Shown: piece after piece, positions 1 through 8,951 of the stretch
Numbering within the stretch: the first letter of the stretch is position 1
Layout of the letters: each line of letters starts with the position of its first letter
Source: an uncultured virus (IMG/VR IMGVR_UViG_3300024999_000087)
Taxonomy: Duplodnaviria > Heunggongvirae > Uroviricota > Caudoviricetes
Direction: 5' to 3' (one strand)
Virus record (IMG/VR): IMGVR_UViG_3300024999_000087
Length of the DNA: 20,000 bases
The notes under the pieces: generated by a model
Told to the model about the DNA's origin: nothing
Databases searched by the model: none
Seen by the model: the letters and a program-made list of their open reading frames with translations, nothing else
Made by a program: the position numbers and the translations under genes

Positions 1-801
1 CGGGTCCGAGTACCAAACCCTATCCGCATCAGCGACTATTGCCCGACCATTGGCAAACCTGATTATGCGCCCTGCCGGTGCAGGAGAGACAAAGGCTAAG
101 TCCAAAATACTTGAATCATCATAACGACCTGCAATAACCTGATACGACTGTGTGTTAGGTAGTACATCGGCAACGTGATACAAAACCTCGCCATCCGGCA
201 TACTCAAGTACAGCCTGACGTAAACCGCTTGCGGATCGGTGACGGGGGGAATGTTGGAGAAGATAATCCCGCAATTCGCGCCAGCAGATACCGAGACAAT
301 CTGAGATGCCCCGGATTCTACCCCGTTCGCATCGACAAAAGAACACGCCGCAAGATACACCCCTGCACCGTAACTTCCCGATGTGGTGGACAGAACCGGA
401 GGGGATGGGCGGGCCATGCCCCAGTTGTTCGCAACGCCGCTAACGATCTTCTTGCAGACAATCCCATCCGAGAAGTAGACCGCACCGTTGAAACAGTCCC
501 ACGCGTAGGTTGTGCCGAGGATCCCTGAACAAAGAGTGGTCGCCGTATTATCGGAGTTGAACTGTTTCAGGCTTCCGTTTTCGACAAAGAAAACCCCTTC
601 AGCGCACGAATAGCCGCCTTTCGGAAAACCGGAATAGACCTTTGTTGCAGACCCCTTCCTTCGCCGTGCCTTGCCACTGTTGGTGAAGTCAACATTGACC
701 GCGTTCCGCACAGTTCCTTCAGGGAGGTCATGGTCAGAGGTCTTGTTATTCATCCCCCTTGGGAATGGTCCGAGCCTGACTGTTTTGTCTTCCTCTACCA
801 T
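1..801 (-). CDS. Probable tail nozzle / DNA stabilisation protein, 3'-partial (runs off window)
   Basis: Not in the ORF track; translated by hand. ATG at 801 overlaps the adaptor stop and the frame is open to base 1 (MVEEDKTVRLGPFPRGMNNK...VRNAVNVDFTNSGKARRRKG...GVYLAACSFVDANGVESG...GRAIVADADRVWYSDP). It is beta-strand rich and follows the adaptor, as podovirus nozzle genes do. Confidence 0.7.
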   Translation of the reverse strand, partial: MVEEDKTVRLGPFPRGMNNKTSDHDLPEGTVRNAVNVDFTNSGKARRRKGSATKVYSGFPKGGYSCAEGVFFVENGSLKQFNSDNTATTLCSGILGTTYAWDCFNGAVYFSDGIVCKKIVSGVANNWGMARPSPPVLSTTSGSYGAGVYLAACSFVDANGVESGASQIVSVSAGANCGIIFSNIPPVTDPQAVYVRLYLSMPDGEVLYHVADVLPNTQSYQVIAGRYDDSSILDLAFVSPAPAGRIIRFANGRAIVADADRVWYSDP

Positions 802-1463
802 ACCTTGTTCCTGTGTGGTCTGTTTGCGCGTGTTGAACGCTTCCTATCTGCGGTAGGTTTCTTCCCAAAATACCGAGTGAACCTGGCCTCATGCTTTTCA
901 GATTCCCCTGAGTCGTACATATCAGAATCAGGCTTTCCGTAGGCTCTATACAGAACCCAGTGATACAGGTATCGGTGATGGGATAATGCAATTTCAGGGG
1001 TAGGTGTTGGAGTGCCAGTAGTCCCCATTGTCACCAAAGGAACCCTGTGAACCTCAAGTTTTAAGGTGTATGATTCGACGGGGGGGGGGACTATCTGCAC
1101 ACTTAATTCATCAACAATGAGCGTATCGGGTGCTCCGTCTTCTTCTCGCCATGTCGGTCTGTAGGTGTCGAGCGAATCACGCTCCTGAATTGAGAGATAC
1201 GTTATATTGCCACCAGTATCCACAAGATACGCAGCGTTTACCGTTGTGATTGCGGTATGCAGAGCATAGACAGCGGATGCTGAAGTTACGGCTATATCGC
1301 AAACGGCGGCGGTGGTATTGTCAAATATTAAGCCCCTGCGCCTACACGCCTCATCAACCGCCTCGTTGTAATACCCGACCACTACTGAGTCAGCCAGGAA
1401 TGGAGGGATTGCTGAATCATTCGCCTCAGTTCTGTATTGAGAAATCAGGTCAACGATGTTCAT
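795..1463 (-). CDS. Head-tail adaptor protein (podovirus type, DUF6682-like)
   Basis: 222 aa. N-terminal pattern 'R.EAND...PF..D......YNEA..EA.RR' and C-terminal 'HRYLYHWVLYRAYGKPDSD' are typical of adaptors. Lies downstream of the capsid genes with TAATG coupling. Confidence 0.75.
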   Translation of the reverse strand: MNIVDLISQYRTEANDSAIPPFLADSVVVGYYNEAVDEACRRRGLIFDNTTAAVCDIAVTSASAVYALHTAITTVNAAYLVDTGGNITYLSIQERDSLDTYRPTWREEDGAPDTLIVDELSVQIVPPPVESYTLKLEVHRVPLVTMGTTGTPTPTPEIALSHHRYLYHWVLYRAYGKPDSDMYDSGESEKHEARFTRYFGKKPTADRKRSTRANRPHRNKVW

Positions 1464-1837
1464 TATTCTATCCCGAACTTATCAATTAAATTGATGACCT
1501 GCGCTTTCATCTCGTACAGTTTGCCTTCGGTGATATCAAAGTTGAAATTCCGCTTGGCATACTCTGATAAAGCCTGTTTGCGAGGGACGGACATGATGAA
1601 ATCCCTTGCTGACTGCAAGACTTCCTCCTGATCGCCTTCCTTCGTTTCCGTTTCAATCCCGGCCTCTTCAGTGACTTCACCGAGAACGAAAACGTCAGGA
1701 TGCTTGAGCAGGAGAACCGCTTTGTCGCTCTGGATCATCAGCGTCTGACCTTTCGTCCATTCGCCGCCAGAGTTGTAGTTTCCGTCCTTGCATGTATCTC
1801 TGAAACCGACATACTTGACGGGAGTAAATTCATTCAT
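1463..1837 (-). CDS. Hypothetical protein in the virion module
   Basis: 124 aa, RBS GAGGA, coupled to the adaptor gene by TAATG. Confidence 0.8.
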   Translation of the reverse strand: MNEFTPVKYVGFRDTCKDGNYNSGGEWTKGQTLMIQSDKAVLLLKHPDVFVLGEVTEEAGIETETKEGDQEEVLQSARDFIMSVPRKQALSEYAKRNFNFDITEGKLYEMKAQVINLIDKFGIE

Positions 1838-1848
1838 AAGTCCTCACA

Positions 1849-1868
1849 CCCCCCGGCGAACCGGGGGG
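1849..1868 (-). terminator. Strong GC hairpin after the capsid/decoration genes (terminator-like or mRNA-stabilising)
   Basis: CCCCCCGG-TTCG-CCGGGGGG on the minus strand, an 8-bp perfect stem. No U-tract follows on the minus strand. Confidence 0.6.
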
Positions 1869-1881
1869 AGGTTTGAGTTTA

Positions 1882-2364
1882 TCAGGGCTGTCCGGTCATT
1901 TCACCGATAACGGCGATATCTGCCTTGCCAACTGCATCAGCAGCGGCACCGGCCCAGGTAAGGGTAAGATAGGCGGCTTTCGGCAGGGTGACGGGACGAA
2001 CCGCAACATTGGTCATCCGCAGTTTCGCCTGAGTTGCCAGGGAGGTAGCGGCACAGAAATAATCTGCATCCTGCGGGACAGCGGTAGAATCAACGCCGTC
2101 AACATAGGCAAAACCGATAGCTCCGGTGGTTGCAGCAGTGAACGCGTCACTGATGTTGAGCATGTAGTCATAAATCTTCAGACCAGCCGGGAGGATGCCG
2201 AGACGAAGCACATCGTTTACCTGAATGGCGGTGGTCAGGTCAGAGTCAGCCCACACGCCCGCTGAAGTGGTCTCAAGGGGGTAGTGCAGGATGGTGGCGT
2301 TACCCCACGGCACCCCGCCGATACGGGTTTCAGTTGCAATGCTTTTCTTTGTTACAGTTGCCAT
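1882..2364 (-). CDS. Probable capsid decoration/cement protein
   Basis: 160 aa, Ala/Thr/Gly-rich beta-type sequence directly after the major capsid gene; RBS GGAG. Confidence 0.65.
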   Translation of the reverse strand: MATVTKKSIATETRIGGVPWGNATILHYPLETTSAGVWADSDLTTAIQVNDVLRLGILPAGLKIYDYMLNISDAFTAATTGAIGFAYVDGVDSTAVPQDADYFCAATSLATQAKLRMTNVAVRPVTLPKAAYLTLTWAGAAADAVGKADIAVIGEMTGQP

Positions 2365-2382
2365 AATAATTCTCCAGTTAGA

Positions 2383-3666
2383 TTACAGTGCTACAACGGT
2401 ATCAAGTGCGATAACGCCGAAGTCAGTAGGCTGAACAGACACGCCGTGGTCTACGTCAAAGCGGATTTTGGACTTGCCGCCGATCTGACCGCAGACGATT
2501 TCCAGGTTGTTCTTGAAATCTGTTTCTTCTTCCTCGAAAAAGTACGGTGCGCCGGAATGCTTGCTCTTTCCAAACGCCTCAGCAAGTGCCATGCCGCCAA
2601 GAAGCAGGGCGCGGTCAACTGCGTAGGCGGTAGTGAAAGCTGCGGGGATCAAATCGCCGGAGATTTCCGTATCACTGGTGAGAGAAGTACAGTGTAGAAG
2701 CTCATTGCCAGTGTAGAAGCGAATCGGTTTCGGCAGTTTGACAATGAGAATGCCGCGCCACAGAAGGGAATCGTTCATGAACAGAGGATGGTTCTTAGCC
2801 ATCTGCCCACGGGCAACCGCGTTAGCCATCAGGGTCCGGTAAGAAATGGAGTTCTGCGTGGATTTCACAAACGAGTTGTACTGTTTCGGGGATACCAGCA
2901 GAACGCGGATAGGATCGTCAGCGGCCATCTGGTCATCCTTGAACACTACCGGAGGCGGTGCAAGAGCCATTTCCTCAATAGTCGTTGCCAGTGCATCAAC
3001 AACGTCCATGTTGAACAGGTCGGTAGAGGCCATGGTGATCTCACTGCCAGCAGCAGCGACATACTCAATGCCCGTACCAGTGGACATATAATGACGGTTG
3101 TAGGTCGGAGCCTTGACAGTGTTGACACAGACACTTGCAAAGTCAGCATCAGAGGCCAAAGGTACAACCCACTCGACATCATTGGCGAAACCACGGGCAC
3201 CGGCCAGGTGGACATGCTGAAGCTGGTCCTCGTAGCGGGTCATGAGATTGAAAGACTGCTCACGGGCCAGGGACCGAAGCTGCCATTTGGTTCTCTGCTG
3301 GTCCATAACACCACCGGCAGAAATCGGGAAACGGGCCTGGTCGATGTGCAGCTTGTCGCCGGAGAAGGTCAGATTCTTACCAAGACCCTGCGCGACCTTG
3401 TTGCCCATGATCGGCTTGCCGGTAATAGGATTGATCAGGTCAAACTTGATCTCATCGCCAGCACTTTTTGTCAAATCCATTGCCCGAACTACCGGCAAAG
3501 AACTTTTCGACTGGAATTTCAGGTTATTCTCAGCGTCGGCCTGCTGCGGAAGATTGCCGGTCAGACGATTGAGTTTGGTCAATCTGGCCATTGATGCCGT
3601 AAACAGACCAGCGGCCTGAGTTACGAGCGCCTGGTCGGAGCCGTAGGGAATAGATGTTACTGCCAT
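2383..3666 (-). CDS. Major capsid protein, N4-gp56/DUF4043 family (933W/phi24B-like)
   Basis: 427 aa with motifs 'PVVR..DL.K.AGDE', 'GG.M.QQRTK..L...AR', 'VHLAGARG', 'NHPLF', 'DRALLLG..AL', 'DFGVIALDT'; RBS GAGGT. Confidence 0.9.
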   Translation of the reverse strand: MAVTSIPYGSDQALVTQAAGLFTASMARLTKLNRLTGNLPQQADAENNLKFQSKSSLPVVRAMDLTKSAGDEIKFDLINPITGKPIMGNKVAQGLGKNLTFSGDKLHIDQARFPISAGGVMDQQRTKWQLRSLAREQSFNLMTRYEDQLQHVHLAGARGFANDVEWVVPLASDADFASVCVNTVKAPTYNRHYMSTGTGIEYVAAAGSEITMASTDLFNMDVVDALATTIEEMALAPPPVVFKDDQMAADDPIRVLLVSPKQYNSFVKSTQNSISYRTLMANAVARGQMAKNHPLFMNDSLLWRGILIVKLPKPIRFYTGNELLHCTSLTSDTEISGDLIPAAFTTAYAVDRALLLGGMALAEAFGKSKHSGAPYFFEEEETDFKNNLEIVCGQIGGKSKIRFDVDHGVSVQPTDFGVIALDTVVAL

Positions 3667-3685
3667 TGTGTTACCTCATTAGGTT

Positions 3686-4618
3686 TCATCTTATAGTTCT
3701 GTCGAGAAACTCCATTATTTCGTTAGGCGATTTCCCGACGAATTTATTCATCAGTTGTACGGGAGTCATATTCTGCATCGCGCCAGCCTCATCGTGATGT
3801 GCCGCCGTTCCAGCTGGGATATCAGACAGGCTTTTGGGTACAGACTTTCCGGTGGCTTTCTTCTCGGCCTCTGCTGCTTTCATGGCGACTGTATCCGTTG
3901 TATCGCCAACGGGGGCAGGGTGTGCGTCCTTGAATGCGGTTACCATGTCAATCACATCCTTTGCGGTGCCATGCTCAATGATGTTCATGTAGGCTGCTTT
4001 GATCGGGCCGGGGTGTTTGTCCACCCACTCCATAATCTCAGGTGCTGCCATAATATCGTCAAAGTCCTTATGGGCATCCCTGATCGTGCCGAAGTGCTTC
4101 TCAGCAATCGTGTCGTTCGTGGTCTTCATTACCGGGGCGAGGTCAGCGGAGATTTGTTTCTTCAGTTCCGCCATCTCTGCCCGGAGTTCTTTGACCACAC
4201 TGGCGTTGCTATGCTCCATCAACTCCAGCAATTCCGGGAAGTCCTCTTTAACCGATTCCCTCAATGAATCCGTGGCCTCGGTCGTGCCGGTTGCTGCGTC
4301 CTGTTCTTTTGCAGCCTTCAGACTTTCAAGAAGGGCTTCTCTCTCTGCAAGGGTATTTCTCAGAGATTCGACCTCTTCTTTCGCGGCCTTAGCGTCATTT
4401 CTCGCCTCGACCAACTTCTCGTATTCGATGGTATGAACACCGTCTTTGGCAAGAATTACCGGCTTGACTTCTTCCTTCTGTTCTTCCTCTTTGACCTCTT
4501 CAGTGTCGAGGGCTGGCGTTTCCTCGATTGCTGTATCGCCATTACCCGTCAAGAAACGGGCCATCTGCTCGTCGGTCAATTCTCCTTCCAACTTCTCAAA
4601 ATACTGTTCTGCTTCCAT
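3686..4618 (-). CDS. Capsid scaffolding protein
   Basis: Acidic, coiled-coil rich, with 'ILAKDGVHTI.Y..L..AR' and 'P.SLSDIP.G'. Lies between portal and capsid. Start placed at ATG 4618 because GGAG lies upstream; 4630 is the alternative. Confidence 0.8.
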   Translation of the reverse strand: MEAEQYFEKLEGELTDEQMARFLTGNGDTAIEETPALDTEEVKEEEQKEEVKPVILAKDGVHTIEYEKLVEARNDAKAAKEEVESLRNTLAEREALLESLKAAKEQDAATGTTEATDSLRESVKEDFPELLELMEHSNASVVKELRAEMAELKKQISADLAPVMKTTNDTIAEKHFGTIRDAHKDFDDIMAAPEIMEWVDKHPGPIKAAYMNIIEHGTAKDVIDMVTAFKDAHPAPVGDTTDTVAMKAAEAEKKATGKSVPKSLSDIPAGTAAHHDEAGAMQNMTPVQLMNKFVGKSPNEIMEFLDRTIR

Positions 4619-4665
4619 GCTACGCTCCATGCCAGATATCGCCCTGGCAGCAAATAGAGATTAAA

Positions 4666-6831
4666 TTATCGTTGAACGCCTTCTGCCTCAATGCCAGTCA
4701 TAGCCCCCCCGGTCGGTTGCGTCTCTTCAAGTGCTGGCGCAACCGGAGTTGCTATCTCAGGTTCTTGTATTCTCGGGGGAAACATCGGTGATGTGTTCTG
4801 CTGTACGTCAGTTGTCACAGGATCGACCGGAATCGCGCCTTGCTGCATTCCAGTGACAGGCGCGACAATCGGGTCTTCGTCCATGTCTTCACCGCCAGAT
4901 GACTTCAACACCTGATCGGCAACAGGTACGACTTGTGGCATGGTGACGATCTGGACACCAGCCTGGACCGCTGAGTAAATCGCCTCAATCCGGTCGATGA
5001 CCTGTTTGGTGACAAGGGAAGATATCTGCGCGTCGGCAAGTTTCTCTTTGATATCCAACTCTCTTGTCTTCGCTTCAACCTCTGGATTGGGCGCATTGGT
5101 CATGTTTCGCACAGCCTCGGCCAGTTCCTTCTTGTTCGGCGCGTTGGTTAAGTCAAAGATATGGGGGAATGCAAGTTCCTGGTATTTCTCAGGCATCGAC
5201 TTGACAATCTCCGCTAAAGAAGTCAGTTGTTGCGCCTTGTAAGACGGGGTACTCGGAACCTCTGAGAGCGTGACCTTCAGTTTCGTGCGCTGGACATCGT
5301 TGGTCAGGAAATCGCCTTCAGGTTTGTTCAGGACAATGGTCTTCGATTCGTTGATTGCGGTGCCTGGGATGGTGACCTCTTCCTCTTCCATTGTGTCTTC
5401 TATCAGCAATGACAGAAGAACGTCTCCAACTTCAGCTCTTGCAAAAGCAAAGTTATCGTTCAGGTCAGGAAGCCCCTGCACAGATTGCTCTGCAAGGCGG
5501 TTCAGGTCGCCCGGAGCCATGCCAGCCTTGTTCCCCTGCATGTATGCCTCAGCAATGCGAGAAACACGCTTCAGGGCCTCTCTAGCGTCCACTAGGCGGT
5601 CATATTGCTGCTGGGTCAGGGCAGAGTTGTCTTCAATCTCAAACCTCGCCCCAGGTTTCGCCATTTCGGTCTGGTCGAGGATGATATCAGCGTCACTCCT
5701 GCCGACCATACTTCGGAAAACTTCGTCAGTATCGAAGACTGCGCCCTCTGTTCGGATGGTTCGAGTAGCCCCAAGCATCCATTGCATCTTGCTTGTCCTG
5801 GCGTTGATCTCGTCTTGCAGATACATCATGCCCCGTGCAAGCGCGTAAGGGACGGCTGTTCGGTCTTCTCGCTTGCCCCAAAACGGAATGTACTTGAACT
5901 TGCCATGCTTATACGGACTAGGACCATCATAGAGTCTATGAGGCCCAAGAAACCAAGCCAGCCTGACCTTACTGATATTCGCTTCTACCAGTGGAACACC
6001 TACGGCAGCGGCCTGTAAATGAAGGGGATTCTTCTTGTCGTATTCCAAGATTCTCCCGTCTCTCATCTTCAATACCAACGCCCGCTCCCAGACCCGATAC
6101 CAGACCTCAAACAGACATGCCCTGCCATTTACCCCGTCCCGCCATTCCTGTTCCTCAATTGACCAGCCGCGCTCGATACCCATAGAAAGTTCTGTACTAG
6201 ACCCCCCATCGGTCAAGTAAGAACTCAGCGCATCAACACTCTGCCAACTCGTTACCGCTCCCCTGATAAGCTTCTCTTTGCCGGGGAACATCAACACTGC
6301 CTGGTCAACTGGGGTCCATTTTCGCCTGACTAAGTATCTTGCATCAGATAAGTCGTCCTGTTTCGCCAGGAAGTCCCACCAGATTTCATTCCGGTGAATA
6401 TGCAAACACCGATAAGGATACTTAAACGGGTCCGGTTCACGGTCAACCTCTACCCATCCCAGTCCTACTGAAATTTGTGATTTATACGCCTTGGAACATG
6501 CCAGGTCAGCCTTCGACATTCTTTCTGCCTGGTTCAACTTGAAAGCGAACGCCTCTGCTACCTGCTCCCCTTCATTGTCTTTTTTGTCAGAACCTACCAG
6601 CCAATCCCGTCTATTCAACGCCTCAATCCCACACAGAGAGTCAATCACCCCCCCCATCAACGGTTCTATCGAAGGCGGAATACCTTTCTCCCTCTGTGCC
6701 AGCAGAACGGCAGCGTCTAACTGGTTGCCGTCTATGTAGTCCATCTCCTTGTCTGCTCTACTTCTCCATGCAGGCTGATTGAAGATTTCCTCTAGCCAAC
6801 CTGTAAAGACTTCAAGCGTACATTCTTTCAT
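4666..6831 (-). CDS. Portal protein (P22/933W-like)
   Basis: 721 aa with 'QPAWR..ADKE.DY.DGNQL', 'GLGWVEV', 'DDLSDARYLVRRKW', 'QDEINAR.SK' and a Pro-rich tail. ATGA overlap with terL. Confidence 0.9.
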   Translation of the reverse strand: MKECTLEVFTGWLEEIFNQPAWRSRADKEMDYIDGNQLDAAVLLAQREKGIPPSIEPLMGGVIDSLCGIEALNRRDWLVGSDKKDNEGEQVAEAFAFKLNQAERMSKADLACSKAYKSQISVGLGWVEVDREPDPFKYPYRCLHIHRNEIWWDFLAKQDDLSDARYLVRRKWTPVDQAVLMFPGKEKLIRGAVTSWQSVDALSSYLTDGGSSTELSMGIERGWSIEEQEWRDGVNGRACLFEVWYRVWERALVLKMRDGRILEYDKKNPLHLQAAAVGVPLVEANISKVRLAWFLGPHRLYDGPSPYKHGKFKYIPFWGKREDRTAVPYALARGMMYLQDEINARTSKMQWMLGATRTIRTEGAVFDTDEVFRSMVGRSDADIILDQTEMAKPGARFEIEDNSALTQQQYDRLVDAREALKRVSRIAEAYMQGNKAGMAPGDLNRLAEQSVQGLPDLNDNFAFARAEVGDVLLSLLIEDTMEEEEVTIPGTAINESKTIVLNKPEGDFLTNDVQRTKLKVTLSEVPSTPSYKAQQLTSLAEIVKSMPEKYQELAFPHIFDLTNAPNKKELAEAVRNMTNAPNPEVEAKTRELDIKEKLADAQISSLVTKQVIDRIEAIYSAVQAGVQIVTMPQVVPVADQVLKSSGGEDMDEDPIVAPVTGMQQGAIPVDPVTTDVQQNTSPMFPPRIQEPEIATPVAPALEETQPTGGAMTGIEAEGVQR

Positions 6832-8102
6832 GCAACTCTCCAGTTCACCGGAGGGGGGATGCGTCTCTGTCGCTTCATCTCGTTTCTCATGGACCCCTCA
6901 TTACAGGCTATGTATCGGAAACAATCGGCACCGTGACTGTGCTCGTCATGCAACGGAGCACCAGCGGTTTGTGTGGTGCGATTGATTGACCTCTTGTACC
7001 GCTTCAAATGCTCGACTAACTTGCCGGTCTTCTTCTTGTCGAAATACGTCCGGGCCATCATCATTCGGGCAAGTCGAATACCGCCCTCAACGTCAACCTC
7101 GATGATCGACTCTCTACCAGGCACAACCCATCCCAAAGCGGTAAACGTATCAGCGCAAGTCTTGCCACCTGATGCTATATTCCCTGAAAAACCATCGTGA
7201 GGCAGGAACACCCCCCCCCAGTTGTATTCACGCTTCTTTAACTGGATCGAATACCAGTCCAAAGTCTTATGGTCGCCCTCAAGGTAGTCAATGACCCTCA
7301 CTTCACTTAAATTCCGCTGAACCATCGCAATCGAAAGAGTGTCGTTCCAGCCAAGGTCAACAACCACATGCACCTTCAGAATCGGGTCGTATGGCACATT
7401 ACAAATCCTGCCCTCGTCCTGTGCCGCCTGCATCTCATCGTAGTAAATCGCACCCTCGGCGGCTGGTCGGCATTTACCCTCCCAGATGTTCGGGTAGTCC
7501 TTCGGGTAGAATTTCTGGCAATGAAGACGCTCTGCTTCCATCACATCATTGAACCACGGATTGTCCGAGTAGTTCATGTGGACGATGATGCAATTCTCCG
7601 GGGTGTTAATGGCAAACCTGACATGCGTCTCGTCAGTCTCAAGGTCAGGGTTATACGTGACCCATATCTCTGACCCATCTTTACGAATGGTCGGGATTAA
7701 GATATCCCAGGACCGCTTGCTTAAAGCCTGTGCCTCTTCAACCCAGCAGATATCGACGCCCTCAAACGACTTAATACTGTCTACCGTGTGAGACGAAAGT
7801 CCTGAAAAACTAAATATCGTGCCGTTCTTTCCCCGGATCTCGGAGTCTAAGACCTCGTAGTGGTAGTACAGCCACATCCTCTCAATCTGGTCTGCCAGCA
7901 ACCGATGAACCGAATCCTTGATCGACTTCTGGACTTCACGGGTACACAATACGCGGGTCTGTCTCGCCCTGCCTATTGCCAGCAATGCCCTAGCGTAACT
8001 CCACGATTTTGTTGAACATCTTCCGCCTTTTGCCACCTTGTAGCGCATAGGCTCAAAGAGGAAGGCAAGTTTGTCGGGGATGTCTACTGCTAGTTCACTC
8101 AT
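6828..8102 (-). CDS. terL: Terminase large subunit (PBSX-like family)
   Basis: Walker A-like KGGRCSTKS, Walker B ICWVEEAQ, 'LIPTIRK', 'TYNP', nuclease 'DLGWND', 'LPHDG', 'SHGADCFRY'. Start at ATG 8102 (MSELAVDIP). Confidence 0.93.
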   Translation of the reverse strand: MSELAVDIPDKLAFLFEPMRYKVAKGGRCSTKSWSYARALLAIGRARQTRVLCTREVQKSIKDSVHRLLADQIERMWLYYHYEVLDSEIRGKNGTIFSFSGLSSHTVDSIKSFEGVDICWVEEAQALSKRSWDILIPTIRKDGSEIWVTYNPDLETDETHVRFAINTPENCIIVHMNYSDNPWFNDVMEAERLHCQKFYPKDYPNIWEGKCRPAAEGAIYYDEMQAAQDEGRICNVPYDPILKVHVVVDLGWNDTLSIAMVQRNLSEVRVIDYLEGDHKTLDWYSIQLKKREYNWGGVFLPHDGFSGNIASGGKTCADTFTALGWVVPGRESIIEVDVEGGIRLARMMMARTYFDKKKTGKLVEHLKRYKRSINRTTQTAGAPLHDEHSHGADCFRYIACNEGSMRNEMKRQRRIPPPVNWRVA

Positions 8103-8233
8103 CTCTTTGCGGCCAACCCCAGGCAAGGACGGTGGGTCTGCTTCGCCGCACTATTGGCGGTTGATCGGCCCGAGAAGCTGCCATTTCTAAGGTAAAGGGC
8201 AGGTCGAAAATTGGGAGAACGGACGGATAGAGT

Positions 8234-8278
8234 CTCAGTGTGTACATTAGTAGTAGAGTATATTATATACACACTGAG
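8234..8278. repeat. 11-bp perfect inverted repeat with AT-rich 23-nt spacer
   Basis: CTCAGTGTGTA (8234-8244) and TACACACTGAG (8268-8278). Confidence 0.9.
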
Positions 8279-8400
8279 CCTATTCCTTAATCCTGTCGGC
8301 CTGTTACGCACCACTTTTGCTCTCCAATCCGGGGTTTCTGCAATTCTCACTGTGTACAAGGGGCGAGTGAACTGTCCGCTAAAATCGGACGGTTGAAACG

Positions 8401-8652
8401 ACTCAGCGGAAATTTATATTAAGTTGCATCCTGAATACTCTGCCCATAGCCGTCTTGCTTTGGCCCAACTTCCCATGCACTGCTTAGTGGTATGCGTCCG
8501 GGGTTCGGTGATTATCCCCATCGCAGCCTCTTCAAATGCCAATGCCGCCAACCTGATCGGGTGGTCGAGTGGCAAGTTGTCCGCGTCGGCCCTGGAAATC
8601 ATCTCTTGCGCTAAGGGTGTCTCGGGCATAATTCACTCAGCGGAAATTTATA
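8401..8652. repeat. 18-bp perfect direct repeat flanking a 71-aa ORF
   Basis: ACTCAGCGGAAATTTATA at 8401-8418 and 8635-8652. Confidence 0.95.
8414..8629 (-). CDS. Small hypothetical protein (moron-like)
   Basis: 71 aa, helical, same strand as neighbours; GAGTGA upstream of the ATG. Confidence 0.75.
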   Translation of the reverse strand: MPETPLAQEMISRADADNLPLDHPIRLAALAFEEAAMGIITEPRTHTTKQCMGSWAKARRLWAEYSGCNLI

Positions 8653-8951
8653 AATCGCTCCCTATGATACGAAGGGGCGCAACCGGCAACCGACCACCCC
8701 CCCCTATCGACTTTTGGCCCATCATCCTGACCCATACATGCCCCCGAATCCGGGTGAAAACCACCTCGACAGCCATTTTTGCAGGCTACCGATTTCACAA
8801 CGATTAATGCCACTCTCTCAGTACAGATATACCGACAATAGCGGGCAACCTGAGAATGCTTCCTGTATATGTTAGGCAGTACGACCCTGCAACATGGACG
8901 ACTGATATATAATCAGTTGCTCTATTTGCGCCATGCCTTGATAATACTGAG

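Noticed and set aside
175..7791. Long plus-strand ORFs such as 2788-3594 and 5270-5848
   Set aside because: They are shadow frames opposite well-supported structural genes.
8099..8396. ORFs 8099-8359 (-) and 8211-8396 (+)
   Set aside because: TTG starts without a convincing RBS; the sequence is dominated by repeats and hairpins.
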